From contig JAZORB010000077.1 in assembly GCA_045656385.1 (NCBI GenBank), positions 1-48,366 on the forward strand: a stretch of 48,366 nt of DNA, read 5' to 3'. Below, piece by piece: positions 16,069 to 25,149 of the stretch. The translations under genes were made by a program, and so were the position numbers. Position 1 is the stretch's first letter. Each line of letters opens with the position of its first letter. Source of the DNA: Eubacteriales bacterium. GTDB taxonomy: Bacteria; Bacillota; Clostridia; Oscillospirales; CAG-272. Under the pieces are notes generated by a model. The model was not told the DNA's origin. It did not search any database and worked only from the letters and a program-made list of their open reading frames with translations.

Positions 16069-16560
16069 TCAATAACCGAATTTTCCTGCGAGAGAATCGT
16101 CGTCCTCGATCCAGTCGCTGACGTTGATTACGCGGAAATTTTCCTTATCGTCACGCACGACGAGCTTTTCAATACCCGCGTTGATAGCAAGCTTTTTGCA
16201 CATCATGCAACTCGAGGTACCTGACATGACCGAGCCGTCAACGGGCGAGGTGCAGACCATATAAAGAGTCGAGCCGAGCATCTGCTCACGGGGAGCTGCG
16301 ATGATGGCGTTTGCCTCGGCATGTACCGAGCGGCACATTTCATATCTCTCGCCTCGCGGGATTCCAAGCTTTTCGCGGAAGCAGTAGCCGAGATCGTCGC
16401 AGTTCTTGCGGCCGCGGGGAGCTCCGTTGTAACCTGTTGCGATTATGCTGTCATTTTTTACAATGATCGCGCCAAAACGGCGACGGAGGCAGGTGCTTCG
16501 CTCGCTTACGGTCTGCGCGATATCAAGATAATAGTTTTCTTTTGAAATTCTGCTTGACAT
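16069..16560 (-). CDS. comEB: Deoxycytidylate (dCMP) deaminase
   Basis: The zinc motifs HAEANAI and SSCMMCKKLAINAGI are present. 163 aa. Confidence 0.8.
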   Translation of the reverse strand: MSSRISKENYYLDIAQTVSERSTCLRRRFGAIIVKNDSIIATGYNGAPRGRKNCDDLGYCFREKLGIPRGERYEMCRSVHAEANAIIAAPREQMLGSTLYMVCTSPVDGSVMSGTSSCMMCKKLAINAGIEKLVVRDDKENFRVINVSDWIEDDDSLAGKFGY

Positions 16561-16570
16561 TTTTATATCC

Positions 16571-17464
16571 TCACATTTTATTTACAAGTTCGGTTAAGAA
16601 TTCTTTGAAACGATCAGCAACCTCGGGATGCTCAAGCGCTGCTGTGACGTTAGCTTCAAGGAACCCGAGTTTAGATCCGAGATCGAAGCGCTTTCCCTCA
16701 AAATCAAGCGCCGTGACGCCCTCTCTGCGCGCAAGTGTTGCTATCGCATCTGTAAGCTGTATCTCGCCGCCCGCGCCGGGAGGAGTGGCGTCTATGATAT
16801 CAAAGATGTCGGGTGTGACGAGAACTCTGCCGAGGATCGAATAATTCGAGAAAATCTCGGCGTCGGTCTTCGGCTTTTCGATCATATCGTCAACAAAAAA
16901 TTCGCACTCGCTTCCCTCGATAGGATGGGTCTTGAGCGAGCAGTATTTTTTGACAAGCTCTGTGGGAACCTCCTTTACGCCGCAGACAGGTCTGCCGTAT
17001 TTTTCGAAGGTTTCAATCATCTGCGCCACGACGGGCTTTTCTGAAAAGATTATATCATCGCCGTAAAGGATGGCAAAGGGCTCGTCTCCGACGAAATTGC
17101 GCGCACAGCCGATTGCGTGGCCAAGACCGCGCGTGATCTTCTGGCGTAAAAAATAAACGCGAACGCCGAGCGGCTCTGCGGTTGATCTTATCTTTTCTAT
17201 CTCTTCTTCTCTGCCCTTGGAAGTAAAATACGACTCATATTCGGGCGAGTAATCGAAATAATCCTCTATCGCGTCCTTGTTTCTGCCGGTTATGATCAGA
17301 ACGTCGGTGATACCCGATCTCGCCGCTTCCTCGACAAGATATGAGATTGCAGGGCGATCAACTATCGGCAATATTTCTTTTGGAACGGCGCGCGCTATCG
17401 GAAGCATACGCGTGCCGAGTCCCGCCGCGGGAATAACGGCTTTGCGAACTTTTCTTGTCTGCAT
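16571..17464 (-). CDS. galU: UTP--glucose-1-phosphate uridylyltransferase
   Basis: Motifs KAVIPAAGLGTRMLP, VEKP-like IEKPK and EIQLTDA are present. 297 aa. Confidence 0.9.
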   Translation of the reverse strand: MQTRKVRKAVIPAAGLGTRMLPIARAVPKEILPIVDRPAISYLVEEAARSGITDVLIITGRNKDAIEDYFDYSPEYESYFTSKGREEEIEKIRSTAEPLGVRVYFLRQKITRGLGHAIGCARNFVGDEPFAILYGDDIIFSEKPVVAQMIETFEKYGRPVCGVKEVPTELVKKYCSLKTHPIEGSECEFFVDDMIEKPKTDAEIFSNYSILGRVLVTPDIFDIIDATPPGAGGEIQLTDAIATLARREGVTALDFEGKRFDLGSKLGFLEANVTAALEHPEVADRFKEFLTELVNKM

Positions 17465-17498
17465 GGCATAATCCTCGCATTATACTATACTTGGTATA

Positions 17499-17527
17499 AT
17501 TATAATATAATTTCGACAATAAATCAA
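17499..17527 (-). promoter_or_regulatory. Candidate promoter of the galU operon
   Basis: On the minus strand, TTGATT (17527-17522), a 17-nt spacer, then TATAAT (17504-17499). Confidence 0.5.
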
Positions 17528-17557
17528 GACCTTTTTGTAAACAGCTAAAAATATATC

Positions 17558-17586
17558 AAAAAATGCCGCCCCGAGACAGGGCGGCA
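17558..17586 (-). terminator. Terminator of the beta-helix lipoprotein gene
   Basis: A GC-rich 8-bp stem, tgccgccc pairing with gggcggca, has a 7-nt loop. On the minus strand TTTTTT follows. Confidence 0.8.
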
Positions 17587-17594
17587 ATAATTCT

Positions 17595-19928
17595 TTATTC
17601 GTATACGAACTCCGTCTTTTCGAAGAGATACTTATTCGGTGAAACCTGAAGTCCCTCTTTGAGAATTGTTGTGATATTCTTCACGGTAACCTTTTTCGGT
17701 GCGTAGAAGGGATATTGAGGAGTATAATCAGCGCTCTTGCAATTTGAATTGAGATTTGCAAAGATATAAGCCTGCTTTGCGTTCTCGACAGTCAAGCCGT
17801 CGATCACCACATTTATGCCCGCATAGCAAGGATAACCGAAATCGTGTTCTCCCTTATTGTTTCCCGTAATGACCGTAACATCCGACTGCGAGACAGGGGA
17901 AATGGTGCAATTTCTTATGATGATATCACCCTCCCACGAGCTTCCGTAGTCGCTGCGAAGATTGATGATCTTGTTGGTAAAGAAGGTGGAATTCTCGATC
18001 AGAAGCGTGCCGTAACCGATGATGCTCGCGCCGGCGTGTCCGATGACAGAATTCTTTATCGCGGCATTTGCAACGCCCTTGTGCGCGTCAAATCTCGAAA
18101 GGATACAGCCGTCGTAAACAAAGTTCTTGCAATAGTTGGTGCCCGAGACGCCCCAATATTTGCTGTCATTTATGTCGTTTGCCTGAGTGCAGTTGATGAA
18201 GAATACCGAGATCGCATTGCCCATTCCGATATCGTAAGTGCCCATTGCCGTGGTGGGGCTCTGGTAGGTCTTATGTCCTGTAAATACGCAGTTTTTGACG
18301 GTCACGTATGCGCAGTTATTGACAGAAAGGAATCCGTTATAGGGTGCACCTGTCGGTCCTTCGCCGGTGATATAGTGCTTCATACCGTTAAGAACGGTAT
18401 TGGAACGGTTGATCTTGAGTCCGCGGGCATAGTATGTGTACTCGGAGGGCGCCTGATTGGCAATAGTTGTGAAAATACCGCCGCTGATATAGCGTGTTTC
18501 CTCCTCGATAGGAAGCACGGAAATAGAAGTAATATTGTCGAAATCCCACATAAGGGGAGCGTCCATATCAATATTGCCGTTCTTGTCAACAACGACGCTG
18601 TCACGCTTTGTCTGTCCGTTGTCAGCATTTCCGCCGTAGCGAACATAGTGGGTGGATTTGTTATCATAGAAGGTGACGATCGAGCTTTGCGGGAAAGTGA
18701 CACCGAGATTGGTCATATTGCGATCAAGAGTTTTGATGGTGTCGATCTGATATATCTCGTTCACGTTTTCGAGAAGCGTGAATATCCAATTTCCTCGCTC
18801 ATTGGGCGTAACCTTCGAGTCATCGATCGTAAATTCGGCGTTGCCCCATTCGACGTCAGTGTCGATAATTACCGACTTACCCACAGATGCGATATAGTAC
18901 TTTGCGCCGTAGTCTGCAAAGACCTTATAGCCCTTTTGATTAGCGTATGCGTGAACATCGTAAATCTGCTCGCGGCAGCAAACGCTGTCCGACTGAGTTA
19001 CGCCGAAATCGCTGTAAAATACCGTTTTAGTCAGATCGCGACTGTACTCAAAATCGGCAGGAAGATTGAAGGAACCGAGCGAATATGCAATATTCTCATA
19101 CCAGAAGCAGACTACTGCCTTCTTCATAGCCTCGGCATCCTTCGCGCGGATAATGAGATCGCCGTTCTCGAATTTTGCGGAAACAGTATCACCCTCTGCG
19201 CCCGAGGCAGTAAGGAGGATCTTCTTCTCTCCCGCATCCGAAAACTCGGCTCCGCATTTGGTTTTCACGAGCTCCTTTATGTAAGAGGTGGGCTCTTCAA
19301 ATCCCGCATCGCAGGCAAGAGCAAACTCGGATATATTGATTCCGCCAAGCTTCAGCTCGGAAAGGAACAGTCCCTGGCTTTCGATATGCAAATAATCCTT
19401 CGGCATGGCAATTTTGCCTCCTTTAATGTCAAGAAAATTTGTGATGAAAAATTCTGCGGCATCAATCAAAGCGGTATCGTTATTTCCTGCAATGAGGATC
19501 TTGTTACCGTAATGCTTGATCACAAAGCCGTCCATTCCGAGGCCCGAAAGATCGATGTCTTCAAGAGCTTCCTCGGGGAAATATTTGGTGTTACCGACAA
19601 GTATTTCGGGAACCTCGCTGTTTTTGTCGCCCCAGTCGGAGATTTTCGACTCAACTCCGTTATTCTTGATATGATTGTTGATCATAATCGCCGCGCGGAT
19701 ATTCGCCTGCGTGGCTTTTTCGGGGCGGATGACGGTAAACAGCGATTTGCCGTCCTTGATGATATCAAAGGTCTCAACGACTTCCTCGATCGGCTCGGTC
19801 ACCTCGGGTTCGGTAAGCACGGGCTCAGTTGTAGTTTCCTCGGGAACCTGCGCCGTGCAGGCAATAAGGGGCAAAAGCATACACAAAGCTAAAAACAAAG
19901 ATGTGTATCTGCGAAGAATCGAAAGCAT
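17595..19928 (-). CDS. Large secreted lipoprotein with a C-terminal parallel beta-helix (pectin-lyase-fold-like) region
   Basis: I place the start at ATG 19928 after GGGAGGA; the track start 19946 is a TTG. The lipobox is LLPLIACT. Repeated beta-helix-type motifs are present: NCVFTGH, INCTQAN, DGCILSRFDAHKG, IENSTFF and IRNCTISP. Confidence 0.65.
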   Translation of the reverse strand: MLSILRRYTSLFLALCMLLPLIACTAQVPEETTTEPVLTEPEVTEPIEEVVETFDIIKDGKSLFTVIRPEKATQANIRAAIMINNHIKNNGVESKISDWGDKNSEVPEILVGNTKYFPEEALEDIDLSGLGMDGFVIKHYGNKILIAGNNDTALIDAAEFFITNFLDIKGGKIAMPKDYLHIESQGLFLSELKLGGINISEFALACDAGFEEPTSYIKELVKTKCGAEFSDAGEKKILLTASGAEGDTVSAKFENGDLIIRAKDAEAMKKAVVCFWYENIAYSLGSFNLPADFEYSRDLTKTVFYSDFGVTQSDSVCCREQIYDVHAYANQKGYKVFADYGAKYYIASVGKSVIIDTDVEWGNAEFTIDDSKVTPNERGNWIFTLLENVNEIYQIDTIKTLDRNMTNLGVTFPQSSIVTFYDNKSTHYVRYGGNADNGQTKRDSVVVDKNGNIDMDAPLMWDFDNITSISVLPIEEETRYISGGIFTTIANQAPSEYTYYARGLKINRSNTVLNGMKHYITGEGPTGAPYNGFLSVNNCAYVTVKNCVFTGHKTYQSPTTAMGTYDIGMGNAISVFFINCTQANDINDSKYWGVSGTNYCKNFVYDGCILSRFDAHKGVANAAIKNSVIGHAGASIIGYGTLLIENSTFFTNKIINLRSDYGSSWEGDIIIRNCTISPVSQSDVTVITGNNKGEHDFGYPCYAGINVVIDGLTVENAKQAYIFANLNSNCKSADYTPQYPFYAPKKVTVKNITTILKEGLQVSPNKYLFEKTEFVYE

Positions 19929-19964
19929 TTTCGTATTTCCTCCCAAATTAATTTTGATAGACTA

Positions 19965-19993
19965 ATTTTATCACACTTGAATGAAAATGTCAA
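19965..19993 (-). promoter_or_regulatory. Promoter of the beta-helix lipoprotein gene
   Basis: On the minus strand, TTGACA (19993-19988), a 17-nt spacer ending in TGa, then TAAAAT (19970-19965). Confidence 0.6.
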
Positions 19994-19994
19994 T

Positions 19995-20026
19995 AAAAAA
20001 ATGCCGATACCCGGGGGATCGGCATT
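19995..20026 (-). terminator. Terminator of spoVT
   Basis: Stem aatgccgat (20000-20008) pairs with atcggcatt (20018-20026). On the minus strand a T-run follows. Confidence 0.75.
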
Positions 20027-20030
20027 AATT

Positions 20031-20591
20031 TTAAGACTCAAGCTGTTTTCCGAGGAAGGCCGCTGCGGTCTGCACAAGCTTGACCTCGACGCTTTTTTCG
20101 TGCTCGGGCATTCTTGGAGCGGGAGAATCGAGCGAATCAAGCGACACGACGCATCCGAGAATGTCGCCCTCCGAAATTATCGGCATGGCGCAACGGATAT
20201 AGTGCGAACAATTATCGTTGATGGGCTCAAACTTCGTTTCGCCGTCACGGTAAAGATAAAGCTGACGGCTTTCAATGATGACCTCGAGCTCCGGCGCGAT
20301 ATGCTTGTCAACGTATTCCTTTTTCGGCGCGCCCGAAACGGCGATAACTGCGTCGCGGTCGCATATAAGAACGCTTATTTCGCCCGTTTTATGAAGCGTT
20401 TCGGCATACTGTGTGGCAAAAGAGTTGAGCTCGCCGATGGGCGAATATTTCTTGAAAATGACCTCTCCCTCGCGGTCGGTATAGATCTCGAGCGGATCGC
20501 CCTCGCGGATACGCATGGTTCTTCTGATTTCTTTTGGGATGACGACACGTCCGAGGTCGTCGATCCTTCTAACAATTCCTGTGGCTTTCAT
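20031..20591 (-). CDS. spoVT: Stage V sporulation protein T (AbrB-type N-domain plus GAF-like C-domain)
   Basis: The N-terminus MKATGIVRRIDDLGRVVIPKEIRRTMRIREGDPLEIY is nearly identical to B. subtilis SpoVT as I recall it. 186 aa. Confidence 0.9.
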   Translation of the reverse strand: MKATGIVRRIDDLGRVVIPKEIRRTMRIREGDPLEIYTDREGEVIFKKYSPIGELNSFATQYAETLHKTGEISVLICDRDAVIAVSGAPKKEYVDKHIAPELEVIIESRQLYLYRDGETKFEPINDNCSHYIRCAMPIISEGDILGCVVSLDSLDSPAPRMPEHEKSVEVKLVQTAAAFLGKQLES

Positions 20592-20598
20592 TTATATA

Positions 20599-20652
20599 AA
20601 TTCTCCTTGATTTTCAGGGTGCGGGATTAGTATCTGTCAATCAAGGAGAATT
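20599..20652 (-). promoter_or_regulatory. 14-bp perfect inverted repeat able to sequester the spoVT Shine-Dalgarno sequence
   Basis: aattctccttgatt (20599-20612) pairs with aatcaaggagaatt (20639-20652) across a 26-nt loop. In minus-strand RNA the upstream arm is an anti-SD (CTCCTT) and the downstream arm contains AAGGAGAA, 11 nt before the ATG. Confidence 0.45.
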
Positions 20653-20656
20653 ATAC
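20628..20656 (-). promoter_or_regulatory. Candidate forespore-type (sigma-F/G class) promoter of spoVT
   Basis: On the minus strand, GTATA (20656-20652), a 17-nt spacer, then GATACTA (20634-20628). My recalled consensus is -35 G[C/T]ATA and -10 CATAnTA. Confidence 0.35.
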
Positions 20657-20678
20657 TTTATTTTTAATTTTTTGCGGA

Positions 20679-23600
20679 TTATTTCAGTTTGAGGGTAAGA
20701 ATCTCAAAGCCCTTTATGCCGCACGAGATTTTGCCTTTTTCGACGGGAAGCTCGCATATTTCGCGTTCGAGCATATCGCAAAGATAGGCTTTTTCGAACG
20801 GGATCGCGGAGGTGATATTAAGTTTACCCCGGATATTTTTGTATTCGTAGATACGAATGACTGTTCCCTCTCCATCCTCGGCTTGTTTTACCGTTTCGCA
20901 AGCTGCGTGGTCGCAATCGAGCGAGATCGCGGAAAATTCGGTGGGAAGAATATCTGCATTTCCGCTTGCGGGAAGTGCTGTCAGGGGAACGTTCAGCATA
21001 TATGCGCGCTTGACGGTATCCGAATCACGAAGAGTGCCCTCGTGCGGATAGAGCGAGTAGGTGAAGCTGTGCTCTCCCATATCAGCCTCGGGGTTGGGAT
21101 CCTTGGGCGAACGGAGGAGCGAAAGCTGCATAATGCCGTCGTGAATATCATATCCATACTTGCAGTCGTTCATGAGCGACACGCCGTAGCCGCCGTCCGA
21201 AAGATCGGCATATTTATGCGCACAAACCTCAAATCTTGCCTCATCCCAGCTTGTGTTTTTGTGCGTGGGACGCTCGATGCTGCCGAACTGAATATCGTAA
21301 GTTGCCTTATCGGAAAGAATATCAACGGGGAACACGGCCTTGAGCATTTTGTGACTTTCGTGCCAGTCAACGTGAGTTTCGAAGTCAATCTGTGCCGAGA
21401 AATCGTTGAACCAGACGGTCTGGATGATGGTGGATGCACCAAGCTTACGGGTGATCTTGATACCGCGTCTTGCGCCGCCGTCAATGATTTCAACATCGGA
21501 AACGTCGGTTACGGTTCTGTACTCGGTTGTCGAATACTGATGCCATTCCCAAGCGTCGTAATAAGGCGGGTAATCGGCGTGGATACGAAGCTCGTTGGCA
21601 ATCTCGCCTGCCTTTATGAGCTCTCTTTCAGCCCTTTTATCGTATACGGAAACGATCTGCCAGGAGTCGTCAAAGGTGACACTCAGGCGGTCGGTTTCCA
21701 CCTTATTTCCGTTGATCGAAACGCGGTTTTCGGTGACAAAATCCTTTGCGATTGAATAGCCCTTTTGAGCGATACCCTTGACGTAAGCGGTCTTGCCGTC
21801 GATCTCGACAAAGCCTTCACCTTCAAAAGCGTGCGGGTTGAAAACAACGTAACCGTGTTTTTTATCGATCGAAGACGCTATCTTTTCTCGGATTCCATCC
21901 ACGATCTCGTTTCCGATGCCGTGGATCACGCCGTAATCGATCTTGCTCTGATCGTAAACTTCCTTGATGGAGGAGCCCGGAATGATATCGTGGAACTGAT
22001 TGGTGAGGATCATCTCCCAGCCGCGACGGAGCTTTTCTGTGGGGAAAGCATCGCCGAAGAGAGTCTTTGCGGTGACGCCGAGGAGCTCTGCATTTTCATA
22101 AAGGAACTCGGCTTTGCGGTTGCCCTTTTTGTTATCCGCCATCGTGGTGTAGGTTCCGCGGTGGAATTCGAGATAAAGCTCGCCCTGCCACGTGGGAAGC
22201 TCGGGGTTGCCCTCGATCTTCTTTTCAAGTCTGCGGAGGAAGTCGCCAGCAAATTCTATCTTTGTCTGCGGAGAGCCTGGTATTCCCTTCTCGCTTCTGC
22301 GAAGAAGCTCGATGAACTCGGAGGTAGGTCCTCCGCCGCCGTCGCCGTAACCGAACGTAACGAGAGCCTCGTCACTCAGGTTCTTTTGTTGGTAACGCTC
22401 ATAAGTACCCGCGATCTGCTTGGGATAAGTGTTGGCGTTGTATGTGGTAGTATGGTATTCGTGTCTTTTGAGCTGCTCGGGGCGTTTCGTATTCTGGGTA
22501 TCGGTAGCCGTGAGGAAGTAGCTGTTGATCGATGTGCCGTCGATGCCCTTCCAAGCGAAGGTGTCGCAGGGCATCTTATTTTTGTCGTTCCAACTTATCT
22601 TGGAAGTAACGAACCAATCAACGCCGCTCTTTTTGAGTATCTGCGGAAGTGCCGCGGAATATCCAAAAACGTCGGGCAGCCAGAGAACGCGGTTTTCAAC
22701 GCCGAATTCATCCATAAAGAAGCGCTTGCCGTACATCACCTGACGGACAAGACTTTCGCCCGAGGAGAGGTTGCAATCTGCCTCGACCCACATTGCGCCC
22801 TCGCATTCCCATCTGCCTTCTTTGATTCTTTCGGCAACCTCTGCGTAGACCTCGGGAGCTTCCTCCTTCAGCTTTTTATAAAGAAGTGCCTGCGAGGACA
22901 TGAACTTATATTCGGGATAACGCTTCATAAGCTCAAGAACGGTTGCAAAGGAACGCTGAACCTTTTCGCGGGTCTGCTTGAGCGTCCACTTCCACGCGCA
23001 GTCGATGTGAGTGTGACCTATGCAGATGCATTTTGCGGTTTGTTCACGGCAATAGTTTTCGTAAAGCTCGGTCTTCAGGTACTCCCTTGCCTTGCGAACC
23101 GAGTCGAGGAACTCTTCCGAGCCGATCTCATAAAGCTCAAGCATCGAGACTGCACGATAAAGGAAATGCTCGATATGCCCGTACTCTGCGCTTTCGGGTG
23201 CGAGATAATCAAGCATATAAAGCGGATAGAACATATCGTAATAAAGCCCGTCGACGTCCGTATCGAGCGTGCGGAAGGTGACGAAAAGACGCGCCTTGTC
23301 GATCTTCGGACCTGTGTAGGCATAGAGATAGATCTCGTCGTCACCGGAATCTTCGAGAAGGACTTCGCGGTGATTGACGTCGATTCCCTGACGCATCTCT
23401 CCGTTTACGTAAACGATAAACTGAGGATTTGCCGCATCCCAGCCCGAGCGGTCGGTTTCGACAAACATATATCTGTTTTCTCCGTCGGGAATTGCGGGAA
23501 CGCGGAACCAAGCGTGGCTGTCGTAGCCCGTGCCCCATTCTCCGCCATTTTCAAAAGAAACGAACTCGGAAAGCGCGGGTGGAGTATTGCCCTTCTTGTA

Positions 23601-23705
23601 GTCGCAATGGCAGAAAAGGATATTCTCCGCCTTTTTCGAATTCTTCCATCTGCAACCCTTGATAAGGTCGAAGTATCTTCTGATCTTTTGAAGCTTATAA
23701 TCCAT
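20679..23705 (-). CDS. GH38 alpha-mannosidase, cytoplasmic
   Basis: 1008 aa. It has the GH38 N-domain motif GHTHIDCAWKW and DVFGYS. There is no signal peptide. Confidence 0.85.
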   Translation of the reverse strand: MDYKLQKIRRYFDLIKGCRWKNSKKAENILFCHCDYKKGNTPPALSEFVSFENGGEWGTGYDSHAWFRVPAIPDGENRYMFVETDRSGWDAANPQFIVYVNGEMRQGIDVNHREVLLEDSGDDEIYLYAYTGPKIDKARLFVTFRTLDTDVDGLYYDMFYPLYMLDYLAPESAEYGHIEHFLYRAVSMLELYEIGSEEFLDSVRKAREYLKTELYENYCREQTAKCICIGHTHIDCAWKWTLKQTREKVQRSFATVLELMKRYPEYKFMSSQALLYKKLKEEAPEVYAEVAERIKEGRWECEGAMWVEADCNLSSGESLVRQVMYGKRFFMDEFGVENRVLWLPDVFGYSAALPQILKKSGVDWFVTSKISWNDKNKMPCDTFAWKGIDGTSINSYFLTATDTQNTKRPEQLKRHEYHTTTYNANTYPKQIAGTYERYQQKNLSDEALVTFGYGDGGGGPTSEFIELLRRSEKGIPGSPQTKIEFAGDFLRRLEKKIEGNPELPTWQGELYLEFHRGTYTTMADNKKGNRKAEFLYENAELLGVTAKTLFGDAFPTEKLRRGWEMILTNQFHDIIPGSSIKEVYDQSKIDYGVIHGIGNEIVDGIREKIASSIDKKHGYVVFNPHAFEGEGFVEIDGKTAYVKGIAQKGYSIAKDFVTENRVSINGNKVETDRLSVTFDDSWQIVSVYDKRAERELIKAGEIANELRIHADYPPYYDAWEWHQYSTTEYRTVTDVSDVEIIDGGARRGIKITRKLGASTIIQTVWFNDFSAQIDFETHVDWHESHKMLKAVFPVDILSDKATYDIQFGSIERPTHKNTSWDEARFEVCAHKYADLSDGGYGVSLMNDCKYGYDIHDGIMQLSLLRSPKDPNPEADMGEHSFTYSLYPHEGTLRDSDTVKRAYMLNVPLTALPASGNADILPTEFSAISLDCDHAACETVKQAEDGEGTVIRIYEYKNIRGKLNITSAIPFEKAYLCDMLEREICELPVEKGKISCGIKGFEILTLKLK

Positions 23706-23710
23706 AATTA

Positions 23711-25144
23711 TTACTTTCTGCCGTAAAGGCGGTTATAGTATTTGAATTTTTCGCGGTCAATGCTCCAGAACTGTTCCTTTGTCACGCGGTAAGACCAGTT
23801 GCCCTCGGCTATACCGGGCTTATTGATTCGCGTATCTGAGCCGAAAAGAAGCATATCCTGAACGGGTATGATGAGCGTGTCCGCGTGGCTTGCAAACATA
23901 GTGCGAAGGAGATAATCGTAGCTTTCGTCGAGGTCATCGCCGCGGTAACCGCAATAGTCGAAGACACGGCGGCGCGATCCGCCGTCAAGCTCCCAGACGA
24001 ATCCGAGAAGGGTGTTATTGTCGTGCGTACCCGTGTAGGCAACACAGTTTGCGGGATAATTGTGGGGAGTGTGCGGGCAGTCGTCTTCCGAAAGGAATCC
24101 GAACTGCAGAACTCTCATGCCGGGGAAGCCGCTGTCCGCAACAAGCCGTTCGACCTCGGGCGTGATGTCGCCGAGACCCTCCGCGATTATCATTCTGCCC
24201 TCGCAAAGGGGCTTGATAGCATTAATGAGATCAATACCGGGGCCCTTGATCCACTTGCCGTTTTTAGCGGTCTTTTCTCCCGCGGGAATGCTGTAAAATG
24301 CCTCAAAGCCACGGAAGTGGTCGATGCGGACGCCGTCGAAGATCTCGAGCATAAACTCCATGCGGCTTCTCCACCAAGAATAGCCGTCTTTTTTCATAAG
24401 ATCCCAATTATAGAGGGGATTGCCCCAGAGCTGACCGTCCTTCGCGAAATAATCGGGCGGAACTCCCGCAACTGCCGAGGGCGAGCCGTCCTCTTCAAGC
24501 AGGAACTGCTCGGGTGCGCCCCAGACGTCTGCACTGTCGTGAGCAACATATATCGGGATATCGCCGATGATCTTTATTCCTTTCTTATTCGCGTATGCCT
24601 TGATATCAGCCCATTGGGTGAAAAAGGCAAACTGCGCGAAATACCAGGTTCGAAGCTCATCCTCATCGGGAACGTCGACCGTCCATTCTGTCCATTCCTT
24701 GCCGCCGTTCGCCTTTTTGAGAGCCATAAAACGGCAGAAGAGCTCAACTCCGGGATGAGTTTTCATGAATTCCTCAACCGGCGCGTAATTTGTCATACGC
24801 TTCGAGGCGCGTGAGAGGAGAGCCATTCGCTCCTCACTCAGTCGGTCAAATTCGCAATAAAAGGGCGTTTTCTGCTTTGCCGCTTCGAGCTCGGATCGTG
24901 TGATGAGTCCAACGTCGCAAAGCAGAGGCAGATCGATAAAGAAGGGATTGCCGCTGAATGCGCTGTAAGATTTATAGGGCGAATTCGCCTCGTCGGGAAG
25001 GCAGAAAGGCAGAGTTTGCCAATAGGTAAAACCGCAATCGGCAAGCAGATCGATCCACTCGCGCGCCGCCGCGCCGAATGAGCCCTCGGAATATTCTCCC
25101 CATAGGGAAGAAACGTGCATAAGCACTCCGCTTGATCTTTTCAT
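23711..25144 (-). CDS. malQ: 4-alpha-glucanotransferase (GH77)
   Basis: 477 aa. Motifs SSGVLMHVSSLWG, RIDHFRGF, IIAEGLG and YTGTHDN are present. Confidence 0.9.
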   Translation of the reverse strand: MKRSSGVLMHVSSLWGEYSEGSFGAAAREWIDLLADCGFTYWQTLPFCLPDEANSPYKSYSAFSGNPFFIDLPLLCDVGLITRSELEAAKQKTPFYCEFDRLSEERMALLSRASKRMTNYAPVEEFMKTHPGVELFCRFMALKKANGGKEWTEWTVDVPDEDELRTWYFAQFAFFTQWADIKAYANKKGIKIIGDIPIYVAHDSADVWGAPEQFLLEEDGSPSAVAGVPPDYFAKDGQLWGNPLYNWDLMKKDGYSWWRSRMEFMLEIFDGVRIDHFRGFEAFYSIPAGEKTAKNGKWIKGPGIDLINAIKPLCEGRMIIAEGLGDITPEVERLVADSGFPGMRVLQFGFLSEDDCPHTPHNYPANCVAYTGTHDNNTLLGFVWELDGGSRRRVFDYCGYRGDDLDESYDYLLRTMFASHADTLIIPVQDMLLFGSDTRINKPGIAEGNWSYRVTKEQFWSIDREKFKYYNRLYGRK

Positions 25145-25149
25145 TTTTC

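Noticed and set aside
17844-19892. Very long ORFs antisense to real genes. Examples: 17844-19892 (682 aa), 21765-23726 (653 aa), 25132-26331 (399 aa), 36046-37149 (367 aa), 3310-4395 (361 aa) and 45510-46385 (291 aa).
   Set aside because: In the four cases I checked (3310-4395, 17844-19892, 21765-23726 and 36046-37149), the antisense ORF uses exactly the same triplet positions as the sense gene. It therefore stays open because the sense genes rarely use the codons TTA, CTA and TCA. Their translations are low-complexity and rich in R, S, A and V. They lack SD sequences and have no motifs. They are shadow ORFs produced by codon bias, not overlapping genes.
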